A DNA stretch of 64,000 nucleotides from a virus, in the IMG/VR virus record IMGVR_UViG_3300025120_014869, positions 1 to 64,000 of that record. One strand, given 5' to 3'. The notes under the pieces were generated by a model. The model searched no databases. It worked only from the letters and a program-made list of their open reading frames with translations, and had not been told where the DNA came from. A program made the position numbers and the translations under genes. Numbering within the stretch: the stretch's first letter is position 1; every line of letters starts with the position of its first letter. This document shows positions 18,216 to 27,311 of this stretch, piece by piece.

Positions 18216-18770
18216 ATGGATAAAGAAACTAATTTGATTTTTGAAAAATACAAACAAGTAAATGAAGCTTTAGGGTTAGGTCCTAATACACCTTCTATGA
18301 TTCATATAAAAGTTGGTGAAACTAAAGCTTTGAGACCAAAAACTCAACCACCAACTGAAGATGAAATGGTTTTTATTCAAGCAGGTGATAAAGAAGAGGA
18401 TTCAGATTGCGGTTGCGGAGGAGAATCTGAAGATGATTGCGGTTGCGATAGTAAAGAAGGTAAAACAATTTACGATGGTGAATTAGATATGGCTAGATTA
18501 GAATTATTAAAAGCTAATGAATACGCTGCAAAACTTTTTCATCATATAGGTAATCACCCTGATAGTGATTATTTAGAAGGCTGGGTTGCAAGTAAAATAA
18601 CTAAAGCAGCTGATTATCTATCTTCTGTTTATCATTATCTAGATTATGAAGATAATTTTGCTACTAGAGAACCTTGTTATAGCGATGAGGAAGAAAATGA
18701 AGACGAAGATCTAGAAATAGACGATGATGAAATGACTAAAACAGCTCGCGAGTCTGGTTTTGGTGCTTAA
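18216..18770 (+). CDS. Acidic late protein
   Basis: LEGWVASKITKAADYL motif; DCGC repeats. Confidence 0.7.
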   Translation: MDKETNLIFEKYKQVNEALGLGPNTPSMIHIKVGETKALRPKTQPPTEDEMVFIQAGDKEEDSDCGCGGESEDDCGCDSKEGKTIYDGELDMARLELLKANEYAAKLFHHIGNHPDSDYLEGWVASKITKAADYLSSVYHYLDYEDNFATREPCYSDEEENEDEDLEIDDDEMTKTARESGFGA

Positions 18771-20662
18771 ATTAACTTATTATCAAAAATACGTTTAATT
18801 TCTTCATCAAATGAACCGTAAAGATCAGTAATTAAGTTTCTTCTTAGTGTATCATCACCTGATTTATAAAGATATCTAATTTCTGAAGCACTTCTTATAT
18901 CTTTATCTAATATATCAAAATCCATAGTAGGTAATGTTACGATATATCCATGTTTATCTAAAGTTTCAGACTTATCTAAATTTTCAAAAGGTTGGAAGTA
19001 ACTAGGAGTACCATTTTTCTTAGTCCCGAACTTAAATCTCGGTTTATCACCTTCCATATCTTTAGCTGATACTGCAAAAATAAGAATTGTATTATCTGCA
19101 GTGTAATCTTGAACGATTTCTTTAGCTAAATATGGATTTACTACTTTTTTAACAAAATTAGGGTCAATTCCAGAACTTTGTATCATTTGAACTTTTTCAT
19201 CGTAAGTAAATGGTGATCTTTCTGGATCAGTCTTTTCAGAAGTTGATATAAAAACGTCACCATTAGGAAATTCCTGTTTTAGTTTATTATAAACTGAAGC
19301 ATGACCTTTATGAAAAGGGTGAAATCTACCAGGATATATAACTAATATTTTTTTAGTAACGTTATCATTAAATTCTTTTAAAAAATTATACATTTCACCA
19401 AAGGTATCTATAGAATGTCTTAATCTGGTACCTTCCCCAGTGTTAAATACTGGAGGGTTATTAATATAATTTTCTTCATCACTTGGTTTACCTGCTAAAA
19501 AATTAGCTCTACTAAATTCTAACCTATCTACTAATTTTATTGCATTACCATCTCTATCAATTGCTACATACCCTTCAGGAGAGGTTACTTTTAATGTACC
19601 ATCACCGTTATCTATAAAATGTTTAGTAGTATATACAGCATTATTATATTTGTTTATAAAAATTTGTTTAGCATCAGAAAGTAACTTACTTACTTTAAAG
19701 AGATTAATAATATTATCTTTATCTCTTTTTATTTCATTTAATTTTTTAGTATATAGTAATTTAACCTTTGATTTACCAGTATCACTTTTTCTTTTAGCAA
19801 TTTCTCTTTCCATTCTACCTAAAAACCAATTTATAAAGCTATTATAAGAATCTTCAGGGTCTTTTAAGTATTCCCCTTCTTTAATTTCTACATTAGTGTA
19901 GATGTTTATAAGATCTAAAGGTAAGTCATTATAATCTACGTTTATACCATCTACAACATTTAAAATACCTTTTATTTGCTCTGACTCATCTTTAGTTAAA
20001 GTAACTACACCAGTATCATCTTTAAAATAAGCATCATCAACCCAAATATCATTAACTTCATTTAAATTATCAATTTTAGCACCAAATCTAGCACCACCAC
20101 CTAAATCATCATACTCAGTATGAAATATAATACCAAATTTAGATTCTTTTACCTTTTTACCTAACTCAGAATCTTCTTCAATAGCATATTTTATTGTATT
20201 TGGTTTAAAAGTTATATGAGAAGTACCATCTATATCTTCTATTCTTTTAGATGAATCATCAAACATAAAATCACCTTGTAAGATATTTTTTATACCTAAT
20301 TGAGGTAAGTATTTTAATGCTTTTTTAAGTTTATCAGCTAAACCTGGTGAACTACCATGATTTAAATCAATATCACTCTCTGTATAATTAAACTTAGGGT
20401 TCATATTGAAAATAGATTTAGTACCAACAAAAAACTTACCGTTTTCAGGATTAATACCTGCAAATAATGCTGGTGCTCCGTCCCATTTAACTGTAGTACC
20501 TATTCTACCACTGTTAGTTTCAAGATGATTTAATAAATCATGTATAAATTTTCTTGCTAATGTATATCCATCTTTACCCTTTTTAAGAATAAGTTCTTCT
20601 AAATGAGTTAAATGAGTATTAGCCTTTTTCTGCTCAGTAATATATTGTTTTAATGTTTTCAT
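18767..20662 (-). CDS. Fusion of ligase-fold nucleotidyltransferase (DUF6267-like) and HxGH cytidylyltransferase-like domain
   Basis: NTHLTHLEE, TVKWDGAPA, EGYV, KLVDRLEFS; C-terminal YPGRFHPFHKGH and RSASEIR; start at 20662 (ATGA overlap). Confidence 0.75.
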   Translation of the reverse strand: MKTLKQYITEQKKANTHLTHLEELILKKGKDGYTLARKFIHDLLNHLETNSGRIGTTVKWDGAPALFAGINPENGKFFVGTKSIFNMNPKFNYTESDIDLNHGSSPGLADKLKKALKYLPQLGIKNILQGDFMFDDSSKRIEDIDGTSHITFKPNTIKYAIEEDSELGKKVKESKFGIIFHTEYDDLGGGARFGAKIDNLNEVNDIWVDDAYFKDDTGVVTLTKDESEQIKGILNVVDGINVDYNDLPLDLINIYTNVEIKEGEYLKDPEDSYNSFINWFLGRMEREIAKRKSDTGKSKVKLLYTKKLNEIKRDKDNIINLFKVSKLLSDAKQIFINKYNNAVYTTKHFIDNGDGTLKVTSPEGYVAIDRDGNAIKLVDRLEFSRANFLAGKPSDEENYINNPPVFNTGEGTRLRHSIDTFGEMYNFLKEFNDNVTKKILVIYPGRFHPFHKGHASVYNKLKQEFPNGDVFISTSEKTDPERSPFTYDEKVQMIQSSGIDPNFVKKVVNPYLAKEIVQDYTADNTILIFAVSAKDMEGDKPRFKFGTKKNGTPSYFQPFENLDKSETLDKHGYIVTLPTMDFDILDKDIRSASEIRYLYKSGDDTLRRNLITDLYGSFDEEIKRIFDNKLI

Positions 20663-21681
20663 CTTGATCCTACAAGGGTACAATCCCAGCCTCCACCATC
20701 AGCTCTATGACCGAAATCTAATACACCTTTTAAATTATTTATTTGAATATAAAAATCACTAATATTAGTTAAATTTTTCATATTTACAGACTGTAAAGCT
20801 AGATCATTACCAATATTATTAAAAGCTAAAAAATTATCAAACCCTTGAGCTTTTTTATATTCAAATAACTGTACAACACCACCTATATACCTTAATAGAT
20901 TAACTCCAAGTTTAGCAGACTTACCTCTTAATTTACCTTTCCGTAAGAAATAATCTCTTTCTACTACTAATCTATCATATAAATTATTATTTTTAGCTAA
21001 TTCTATTATTTCACCTTTAGAATCCGGTACACCGCAATAGTGAGCTATAAACTCGCATATTAATTCAAGTTGTTGATTATCATCTTTACCTTCCTCTTGT
21101 AGTTTTTCAAAATTAGTTTTTAAAGCTGCTGTCTTAAACATTCTACCACTAGGACCTTTTAATTCTACTTCTAAACCACCGGTACTTAAATCACCTTTCT
21201 TAGGTTTAATACCATCGGTTAAAAAAGCTAAAAATAATTCACCACATCCTGGTGATCCATGCGTTGGAGCTTCTGGTACTGCACACCATGCGCTGCTAAA
21301 ATAATTGTTATATACATCAGAGTTATGGAAACTATTTTTTACAAAAGCTTCTAACGTAAAAAACGAACTGTTTTCACATAATCCTAAAAAATCTGATTGA
21401 GCATGCTTAAAATTTTCTTCTTTTACTTCTAAATTAGCGCTATGAGAAAAACTTTGAAAAATATTTAAATTATCATTTATATTACCACCTGCTTTATCTA
21501 ATCTACCTTCAATTTCTTGTCTACCTGCTATACTATCAGTGGTACCCATCTTGACATACCTGGATAAAATATCATCATAATAGTTTTGATCTACATTAGC
21601 AAGTAGTTCATAGCTATCACCTTTTTTTGTATAAAGAGAAACGTCTTCTTTATAAATTTTATCTAAAGATCTCCAGCTCAT
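20659..21681 (-). CDS. Hypothetical protein, possible PD-(D/E)XK nuclease fold
   Basis: GCGE...KGDL...VELKG pattern. Confidence 0.5.
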   Translation of the reverse strand: MSWRSLDKIYKEDVSLYTKKGDSYELLANVDQNYYDDILSRYVKMGTTDSIAGRQEIEGRLDKAGGNINDNLNIFQSFSHSANLEVKEENFKHAQSDFLGLCENSSFFTLEAFVKNSFHNSDVYNNYFSSAWCAVPEAPTHGSPGCGELFLAFLTDGIKPKKGDLSTGGLEVELKGPSGRMFKTAALKTNFEKLQEEGKDDNQQLELICEFIAHYCGVPDSKGEIIELAKNNNLYDRLVVERDYFLRKGKLRGKSAKLGVNLLRYIGGVVQLFEYKKAQGFDNFLAFNNIGNDLALQSVNMKNLTNISDFYIQINNLKGVLDFGHRADGGGWDCTLVGSR

Positions 21682-22004
21682 ACATCTATATCTATATCAG
21701 TTGAATATTTTTTCATGATATTGATTAATAGAGAAAGAGAACTTTTTGCATTTTTTTCATTAATGTCTCCTAAACTAGTAATTGAATCAACATCATTAGA
21801 ATCGATTTGTGTTACTAAAGCTTTTTTAATCATTCTAACTAAAAGTACCTCAGATTCAGGAGATAGTTTTTCAACCTCTGGTTCAGGTTGTTCTGCTACT
21901 TCGGTATCAGTAACTGTGGTAGTATCTGTTTCCATACCAGGTAATTCAGCACCTGTTTCATCTTGTTCAAATACTTTATCAAATGCTTCTAAAAATTTTT
22001 TCAT
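21678..22004 (-). CDS. Hypothetical acidic late protein
   Basis: ORF in late operon; MKKFLEAFDKVFEQ. Confidence 0.65.
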   Translation of the reverse strand: MKKFLEAFDKVFEQDETGAELPGMETDTTTVTDTEVAEQPEPEVEKLSPESEVLLVRMIKKALVTQIDSNDVDSITSLGDINEKNAKSSLSLLINIMKKYSTDIDIDV

Positions 22005-22005
22005 T

Positions 22006-22422
22006 TTATTTTATTCCCTCCGCTGCAGTTTTTATTTTACCTGCTATTTTTCTCATCATAACCCCGTAAGCTTTATTAACTTCTTTTTGAGGATCTGGAC
22101 CGAAAAGTCTTTCTTTTTCTGGACCAGTTGTTAATCTTTGAGCAATACCTATTGCATCTTCTGTAGATTTATCTAAAAACTCATTTTCAGCATCTTCAAT
22201 TTCATTTGTCATATTATTAATTTTATTTAAAAATGACTTAAATTTTTGAGGATCGCTAAATCTTAATCTACTTAAAATATCAGTTGCTTCTTCATTCTTT
22301 CCAGCTTTAATTAATTCGAAAACTTTAGATTCTAAATCTTCTTCATTTTCATCAGCTGCATATTGATTTTCATATACCTTTTCAGCTAATATCTTATTAG
22401 CTATGCTTGTAAACTTATCCAT
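22006..22422 (-). CDS. Hypothetical late protein
   Basis: TAAATA-5-ATG; shares a helical module with 35511..36785. Confidence 0.65.
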   Translation of the reverse strand: MDKFTSIANKILAEKVYENQYAADENEEDLESKVFELIKAGKNEEATDILSRLRFSDPQKFKSFLNKINNMTNEIEDAENEFLDKSTEDAIGIAQRLTTGPEKERLFGPDPQKEVNKAYGVMMRKIAGKIKTAAEGIK

Positions 22423-22430
22423 ATTATTAT

Positions 22431-23000
22431 TTATCTAATTAAAAGAAGTTTTGTTGATAACTTGTTGAAGTAATCTTTATTTAAAAAAGTTAATTCATAT
22501 CTTTTAGTAAACTTCTTTATATTAGAAAATGTATACCTACTAATATCAATTTTGTTTATTTTAGATATCATTGAATTAATAGTAGTTTGAGCTTTACCAT
22601 CATTTTTATCAATAAGAAAAGTTAGGTATCCAATTGAGAATTTACTTATGTATATTTTTACCGGTAATAATTTTTCTACCTTTCTTAAAGTATTATTAAA
22701 AAATAATAATAAATCCTTTTCTTTATAATATTTAAATATTTCACAATCATCTAACTGGGTATTATTAAAGTAAATTAAAGTTTTACTTTTTGATTTTAAT
22801 ACCTTTTCACATACACCTAATATTATATAATGAAAGAAAAATTTCTTAACTAAAGAGTTATTAATACTTTTATCTAACAACTTATATTCATGTAATGTAT
22901 TAATTATTTCAGGTTGTATATCTTTAATAAACAAGTCATTAAAATCTACAATATTTAAATCATAATTATCTAAACATAAATCAGGCATCATTATTATCAT
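22431..23000 (-). CDS. Hypothetical protein
   Basis: 189-aa ORF in operon. Confidence 0.6.
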   Translation of the reverse strand: MIIMMPDLCLDNYDLNIVDFNDLFIKDIQPEIINTLHEYKLLDKSINNSLVKKFFFHYIILGVCEKVLKSKSKTLIYFNNTQLDDCEIFKYYKEKDLLLFFNNTLRKVEKLLPVKIYISKFSIGYLTFLIDKNDGKAQTTINSMISKINKIDISRYTFSNIKKFTKRYELTFLNKDYFNKLSTKLLLIR

Positions 23001-23415
23001 TATAATACTGTTCCAGTAATTCTTTAGGTGGTCTACCTATTCTACAGTTTATAATACCATTATAATAATTTTCATCCAATAATACATCTTTTTCAAATTG
23101 CATCTTTGATTCATAATAAGCTAATTCAAACTTATTATTACAAAACTTTAAAATTTTAAAAACAAATTTATCTAAACCTAATGTACCCATATCTATTTTC
23201 AAGGAATCGCTACTACCAACATAGGTTTTCCAATCACTTTCTTTATAGTCAATACGTTTACGTTTTTTACCTTTAAGAGGTAAGCGTTTTATTTTACGCT
23301 TCATTTGTTTTTTACCTATATATTTTTTACCGTTAGTTATATTAACGATCTCATATATAAAGCCAAACGCTTCTTCAGGTACAGGGCCGTAAACTTTCCA
23401 GTGACCTGTATCCAT
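22981..23415 (-). CDS. GIY-YIG nuclease-family protein
   Basis: FGFIYEIVNITNGKKYIGKKQ; WKTYVGSS; YYNG. Confidence 0.75.
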   Translation of the reverse strand: MDTGHWKVYGPVPEEAFGFIYEIVNITNGKKYIGKKQMKRKIKRLPLKGKKRKRIDYKESDWKTYVGSSDSLKIDMGTLGLDKFVFKILKFCNNKFELAYYESKMQFEKDVLLDENYYNGIINCRIGRPPKELLEQYYNDNNDA

Positions 23416-23663
23416 TAAGATAAACCGTTGATGTAATTAGTAACTGCAGCTTGCACGTCTGAATAAGTCCAATCGCTGCCATAATTTGCATCACTTAATT
23501 CAGATAAATTTATAAAATTACCATCACTATTTAAAACAACTTGTATTTTTTTAATCCCTGGTGCATCTATTATTCTAGTTATAGATACTTCTGAGTAAGA
23601 TTCAGTCACTGCAGGTTGAGTGGTAACTGTTTTTTCTGCTGATAAAGTCAATGTTAAGCTCAT
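23415..23663 (-). CDS. Hypothetical late protein
   Basis: TAAATA-5-ATG. Confidence 0.6.
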   Translation of the reverse strand: MSLTLTLSAEKTVTTQPAVTESYSEVSITRIIDAPGIKKIQVVLNSDGNFINLSELSDANYGSDWTYSDVQAAVTNYINGLS

Positions 23664-23671
23664 AATATTAT

Positions 23672-23923
23672 TTATTTACGTTTTTTACGTTTTCTACGTT
23701 TTTTTCCTGTAACACCTTTTCTTGTTTGAACTGCTCCTAAAGCAAAAGGTCTTCTAAAATCACCTGGAGCATAAAAATCAGTATTAGATAATGTTTGAGG
23801 TTTAGAAATAGCATTAGCTCCTAATGCACCGCCTCCTACTGTATTTTCGTCTTCTTCTTTAGTTTTTTTCTTTTTATTTAAACTTTTTTTAAAAGCTTTT
23901 TCAAATAGAGTTGTTTTCTTCAC
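23672..23923 (-). CDS. Small basic late protein
   Basis: TATAAATA-5-GTG; K/R-rich tail; DFYAPGDFRRP. Confidence 0.6.
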   Translation of the reverse strand: MKKTTLFEKAFKKSLNKKKKTKEEDENTVGGGALGANAISKPQTLSNTDFYAPGDFRRPFALGAVQTRKGVTGKKRRKRKKRK

Positions 23924-23944
23924 GTAAGTATTTATAATTATAAT

Positions 23945-24340
23945 GTGGATATTTTAGAAAAGTATATAAGTGAGATAGAAAAAGATTTAGAGATCAATGA
24001 ATTTAATCTTAAAGATTCATCGATGAAAACTCCTGCTCGTAAACATTATTGGGTAAGTAAACTTATCAATCATAAAAAAAATCTTATTAGGTTAAAAAAG
24101 GAAAAAGATAATTTAAAGAAAAATATAACATTTCAAATTATTGAGGAAAGTCCAATCAAAGTAACAACTCCAACTGCTGAAAGAGCTGCATTGAATCATG
24201 AAAAAATGATAACTATGTCAGAAAAAATAAAAGAGGAAGAATTGGTTATTGAATTTTTAGAAAAGACTGAAAAAACTTTTAGTGCTATTGGTTTTGATAT
24301 AAAAAATATTATTGAAATTATGAAAATGGAACAATTATGA
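23945..24340 (+). CDS. uvsY: Recombination mediator UvsY-like
   Basis: Helical 131-aa protein ending FDIKNIIE, immediately upstream of uvsW. Confidence 0.7.
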   Translation: MDILEKYISEIEKDLEINEFNLKDSSMKTPARKHYWVSKLINHKKNLIRLKKEKDNLKKNITFQIIEESPIKVTTPTAERAALNHEKMITMSEKIKEEELVIEFLEKTEKTFSAIGFDIKNIIEIMKMEQL

Positions 24341-25770
24341 TTGAGTTTAAATTAGATAAAAATAAAATTAAAGTTGTAACTTCTAATTTAGATGAAATAA
24401 GAGAGTATTTTAGTGTTAATGACGATACAGCAAGATTTAGATTTAAAGGTAGAGCAAGATTTATAGTCTCGCCTAGAATATATTGTATAACACCAACAGG
24501 TTTATTTGAACCTGGAATGTTTTATGATGTTTTGACTTATATAAAAATGCAATATCCGAATGAAGATATTATAGTTGATAATGATATAACTTCTTTAGTA
24601 AAGCCAGTTCTTAAAGATGTAAAATTGTATAATAATTTAAAGTATGAATTGAGAGATTACCAACAAGAAGCTTGTAAAAATGCTATTGCATTTGGTAGAG
24701 GTATTCTTAAAATGGGTACCGGTGCTGGTAAAACTTTAACTATATGTTCTTTATTAATGAGTTTATATCTTCAAAAAAAAGAAAAGAAGGAATCATTTAA
24801 ATGCTTATTAATTGTACCAGATTTAGGTCTTGTTAGTCAAACATATACTGATTTTGAGCAGTATAATGCGTTATTTAAATTTACTAAATGGACAGGAAAA
24901 AATAAACCAGATTTAACAGCAAATGTTATTATTGCTAATTTAGGTATATTACAAAGCCGTTTTATTGAAAATGATTGGTTGAAAGAAGTAGATGCTCTTG
25001 TTATAGATGAGTGTCATAAAGTTAAAAAATCAAATAAGATTAGTAAAATGGTACAGCAGATAAAAACAGCACATAAATTCGGTTTAACTGGTACGTTACC
25101 TGATAATAAACCTGATGAATGGAATATTAAAGGTAAAATAGGAAAGGTAATTTATGATAAAGATAGCTATGAACTAAGACTAGAAAAGTATCTAACTACA
25201 GTAAACGTTAGTATTATAGATTTAAAATATAATGATAAGCCTTTATACGTTTCAGGTACTAATAATTTTAAAAATGAACTTGATTTTATATATACAAATG
25301 AATTTAGAAATAATTTAATAAAAGGTATGTGTAGTAAATTTGATAATAATTCTCTTATATTAGTTAATCATTTAGCACATGGTGATGCGTTATATAATAA
25401 ACTCTCAGAATGCGAAAATAAGCAAGTATTCTTTGTAAAAGGAGAAGTAGAAGTTGAGACTAGAGATGAAATTAAAAAAATAATGGAAACTAATAATAAT
25501 GTTATTTGTATAGCAATGAGTTCAATTTTTAGTACAGGTATTAATATTAAAAATATACATATGATTATGTTTGCATCTGGTGGTAAAAGTTTTATTAGAA
25601 CAATTCAATCTATAGGTAGAGGTTTAAGATTACATGATAATAAAAATAAATTAGTAATAATAGATTTAGCAGATCACTTAAAATATGGTGAAAGACATTC
25701 CCTTAAGAGAAAAGAAATATATAATCAAGAAAAAATAAATTATAAAATTACTGAAATAGTTGAAAAATAA
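24337..25770 (+). CDS. uvsW: SF2 helicase UvsW
   Basis: LRDYQ, TGAGKT, DECH, GLTGT, STGINIKN, QSIGRGLR. Confidence 0.92.
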   Translation: MIEFKLDKNKIKVVTSNLDEIREYFSVNDDTARFRFKGRARFIVSPRIYCITPTGLFEPGMFYDVLTYIKMQYPNEDIIVDNDITSLVKPVLKDVKLYNNLKYELRDYQQEACKNAIAFGRGILKMGTGAGKTLTICSLLMSLYLQKKEKKESFKCLLIVPDLGLVSQTYTDFEQYNALFKFTKWTGKNKPDLTANVIIANLGILQSRFIENDWLKEVDALVIDECHKVKKSNKISKMVQQIKTAHKFGLTGTLPDNKPDEWNIKGKIGKVIYDKDSYELRLEKYLTTVNVSIIDLKYNDKPLYVSGTNNFKNELDFIYTNEFRNNLIKGMCSKFDNNSLILVNHLAHGDALYNKLSECENKQVFFVKGEVEVETRDEIKKIMETNNNVICIAMSSIFSTGINIKNIHMIMFASGGKSFIRTIQSIGRGLRLHDNKNKLVIIDLADHLKYGERHSLKRKEIYNQEKINYKITEIVEK

Positions 25771-25792
25771 ATATTTTATTCTATAATTAGAT

Positions 25793-26272
25793 ATGGCTAA
25801 TACTAAAAAAACTACCACGAAAAAAACTACTGGTAAAAGACGAGGACCTAAACCTAAAAAGACTGAATACTATGTTGATCCTCGAGATTTAAAAGCTGAA
25901 CTAGTAGCTTATTATGATAGTGAAGATTGTTCTAGAGAACTTGCTGATATGATTCATAAAATAGCCCATGGTTTAAGTTATTCATCTAATTTTATAAACT
26001 ATACATATAGAGATGAAATGGTAGGAGACGCATTAGTAAAAATGTATACTGCAGTTACAAATAAGAAATTTGATATAACGTCTGAATATAATCCATTTAG
26101 TTATTTTACTACTATTGCTTTTCATGCGTTTATTAACCGTATAAAGAAAGAAAAGAAACATACTGAAACTTTAAACCAATATAAAGAAAAGGTTTATGAA
26201 CAAGAAATGATCGACTCAACTGATGGCATGGTTTACGTTAAGCCGTTAAATGAAGACGATAGTGATGAGTAG
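25793..26272 (+). CDS. gp55: Late-transcription sigma factor gp55
   Basis: NFINYTYRDEMVGDA, NPFSYFTTIAFHAFINRIKKEKK. Confidence 0.92.
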   Translation: MANTKKTTTKKTTGKRRGPKPKKTEYYVDPRDLKAELVAYYDSEDCSRELADMIHKIAHGLSYSSNFINYTYRDEMVGDALVKMYTAVTNKKFDITSEYNPFSYFTTIAFHAFINRIKKEKKHTETLNQYKEKVYEQEMIDSTDGMVYVKPLNEDDSDE

Positions 26273-27311
26273 GGTAGCTATTTTTTCAGATCTTCATCTT
26301 GGTGTACATCAAAATAATGATTTTTGGTTAGGTATATCTAATAAATGGGTTGAATGGTATATTGGTAAACTGAAGGAAAATAATATTAGTGAGATTATTT
26401 TCTGTGGTGATTTCTTTCATTATAGAGATGAAATATCTGTTAAGACGTTAAATTTTGCAAAAGACTTATTAGATAAATTTAATGATTTTAAAATTACTAT
26501 GATTACCGGTAATCATGATGCTTGGTATAAAGATACAAGTGAAATAAACAGTTTAAGTATCTTTAAAGGATATAAAAATATTAAAATTTATGATAAACTT
26601 CAAACGGTCGATTTATATAATAACGACGTGACGTTTTGTCCTTGGGGTACTAAAATAGATGATATACCAAAAAGTGATGTTTTATTTGGTCATTTTGAAT
26701 TAGAAAATTTTAAAATGAATGCATTTAAAATATGTGATCATGGAGATGATCCTGAAGTATTGATTAAAAAATGTTCTTTAATTTTTTCAGGGCATTTTCA
26801 TAGAGAAGATACTAAAAATTTTAATAGTGGTGAGAGTAAAATAATTTATGTCGGCAACCCTTTTGAAATGGATTTTGGTGATATAGGTTCAAAGAAAGGG
26901 TTTTATATTTTTGATTTTAATGATAAAAAATTAGAATGGATAGATAATGATATTACACCTAAACATCATAAAATATTTTTATCTAAATTAATTAACTGTA
27001 AAAATATACATGTAGAAAATTTATTTGAAAAAATATTACCTGGTAATATAATAAAATTAATTATTGATAAAAATATTAGTACTGAACATTTAGATATTCT
27101 TACAGCTAAATTTACATCGTGTAGACCTGTAGAATTAAGGATAGATTATGATATTAATTATAATAAACTTAAAATAGAAAATGATATGGATTATGATCTA
27201 TCAGGAGTTGATATCAATCATGCTATAGAAGAATTTATTAATTTGTTAGATATAGAAAATAAAAGAGATGTTGTTAATTATACACAATCTTTATATGAAA
27301 AAGTTAAATGA
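26250..27311 (+). CDS. gp47: Recombination nuclease subunit gp47 (Mre11/SbcD-like)
   Basis: DLHLG, GDFFH, GNHD, GHFE, SGHFH; likely start MSRVA at 26265. Confidence 0.9.
   Translation: MKTIVMSRVAIFSDLHLGVHQNNDFWLGISNKWVEWYIGKLKENNISEIIFCGDFFHYRDEISVKTLNFAKDLLDKFNDFKITMITGNHDAWYKDTSEINSLSIFKGYKNIKIYDKLQTVDLYNNDVTFCPWGTKIDDIPKSDVLFGHFELENFKMNAFKICDHGDDPEVLIKKCSLIFSGHFHREDTKNFNSGESKIIYVGNPFEMDFGDIGSKKGFYIFDFNDKKLEWIDNDITPKHHKIFLSKLINCKNIHVENLFEKILPGNIIKLIIDKNISTEHLDILTAKFTSCRPVELRIDYDINYNKLKIENDMDYDLSGVDINHAIEEFINLLDIENKRDVVNYTQSLYEKVK

Noticed and set aside
22981-23415. GIY-YIG protein as intron-encoded homing endonuclease
   Set aside because: No interrupted host gene or intron-sized non-coding flanks; core genes appear uninterrupted, with no obvious inteins
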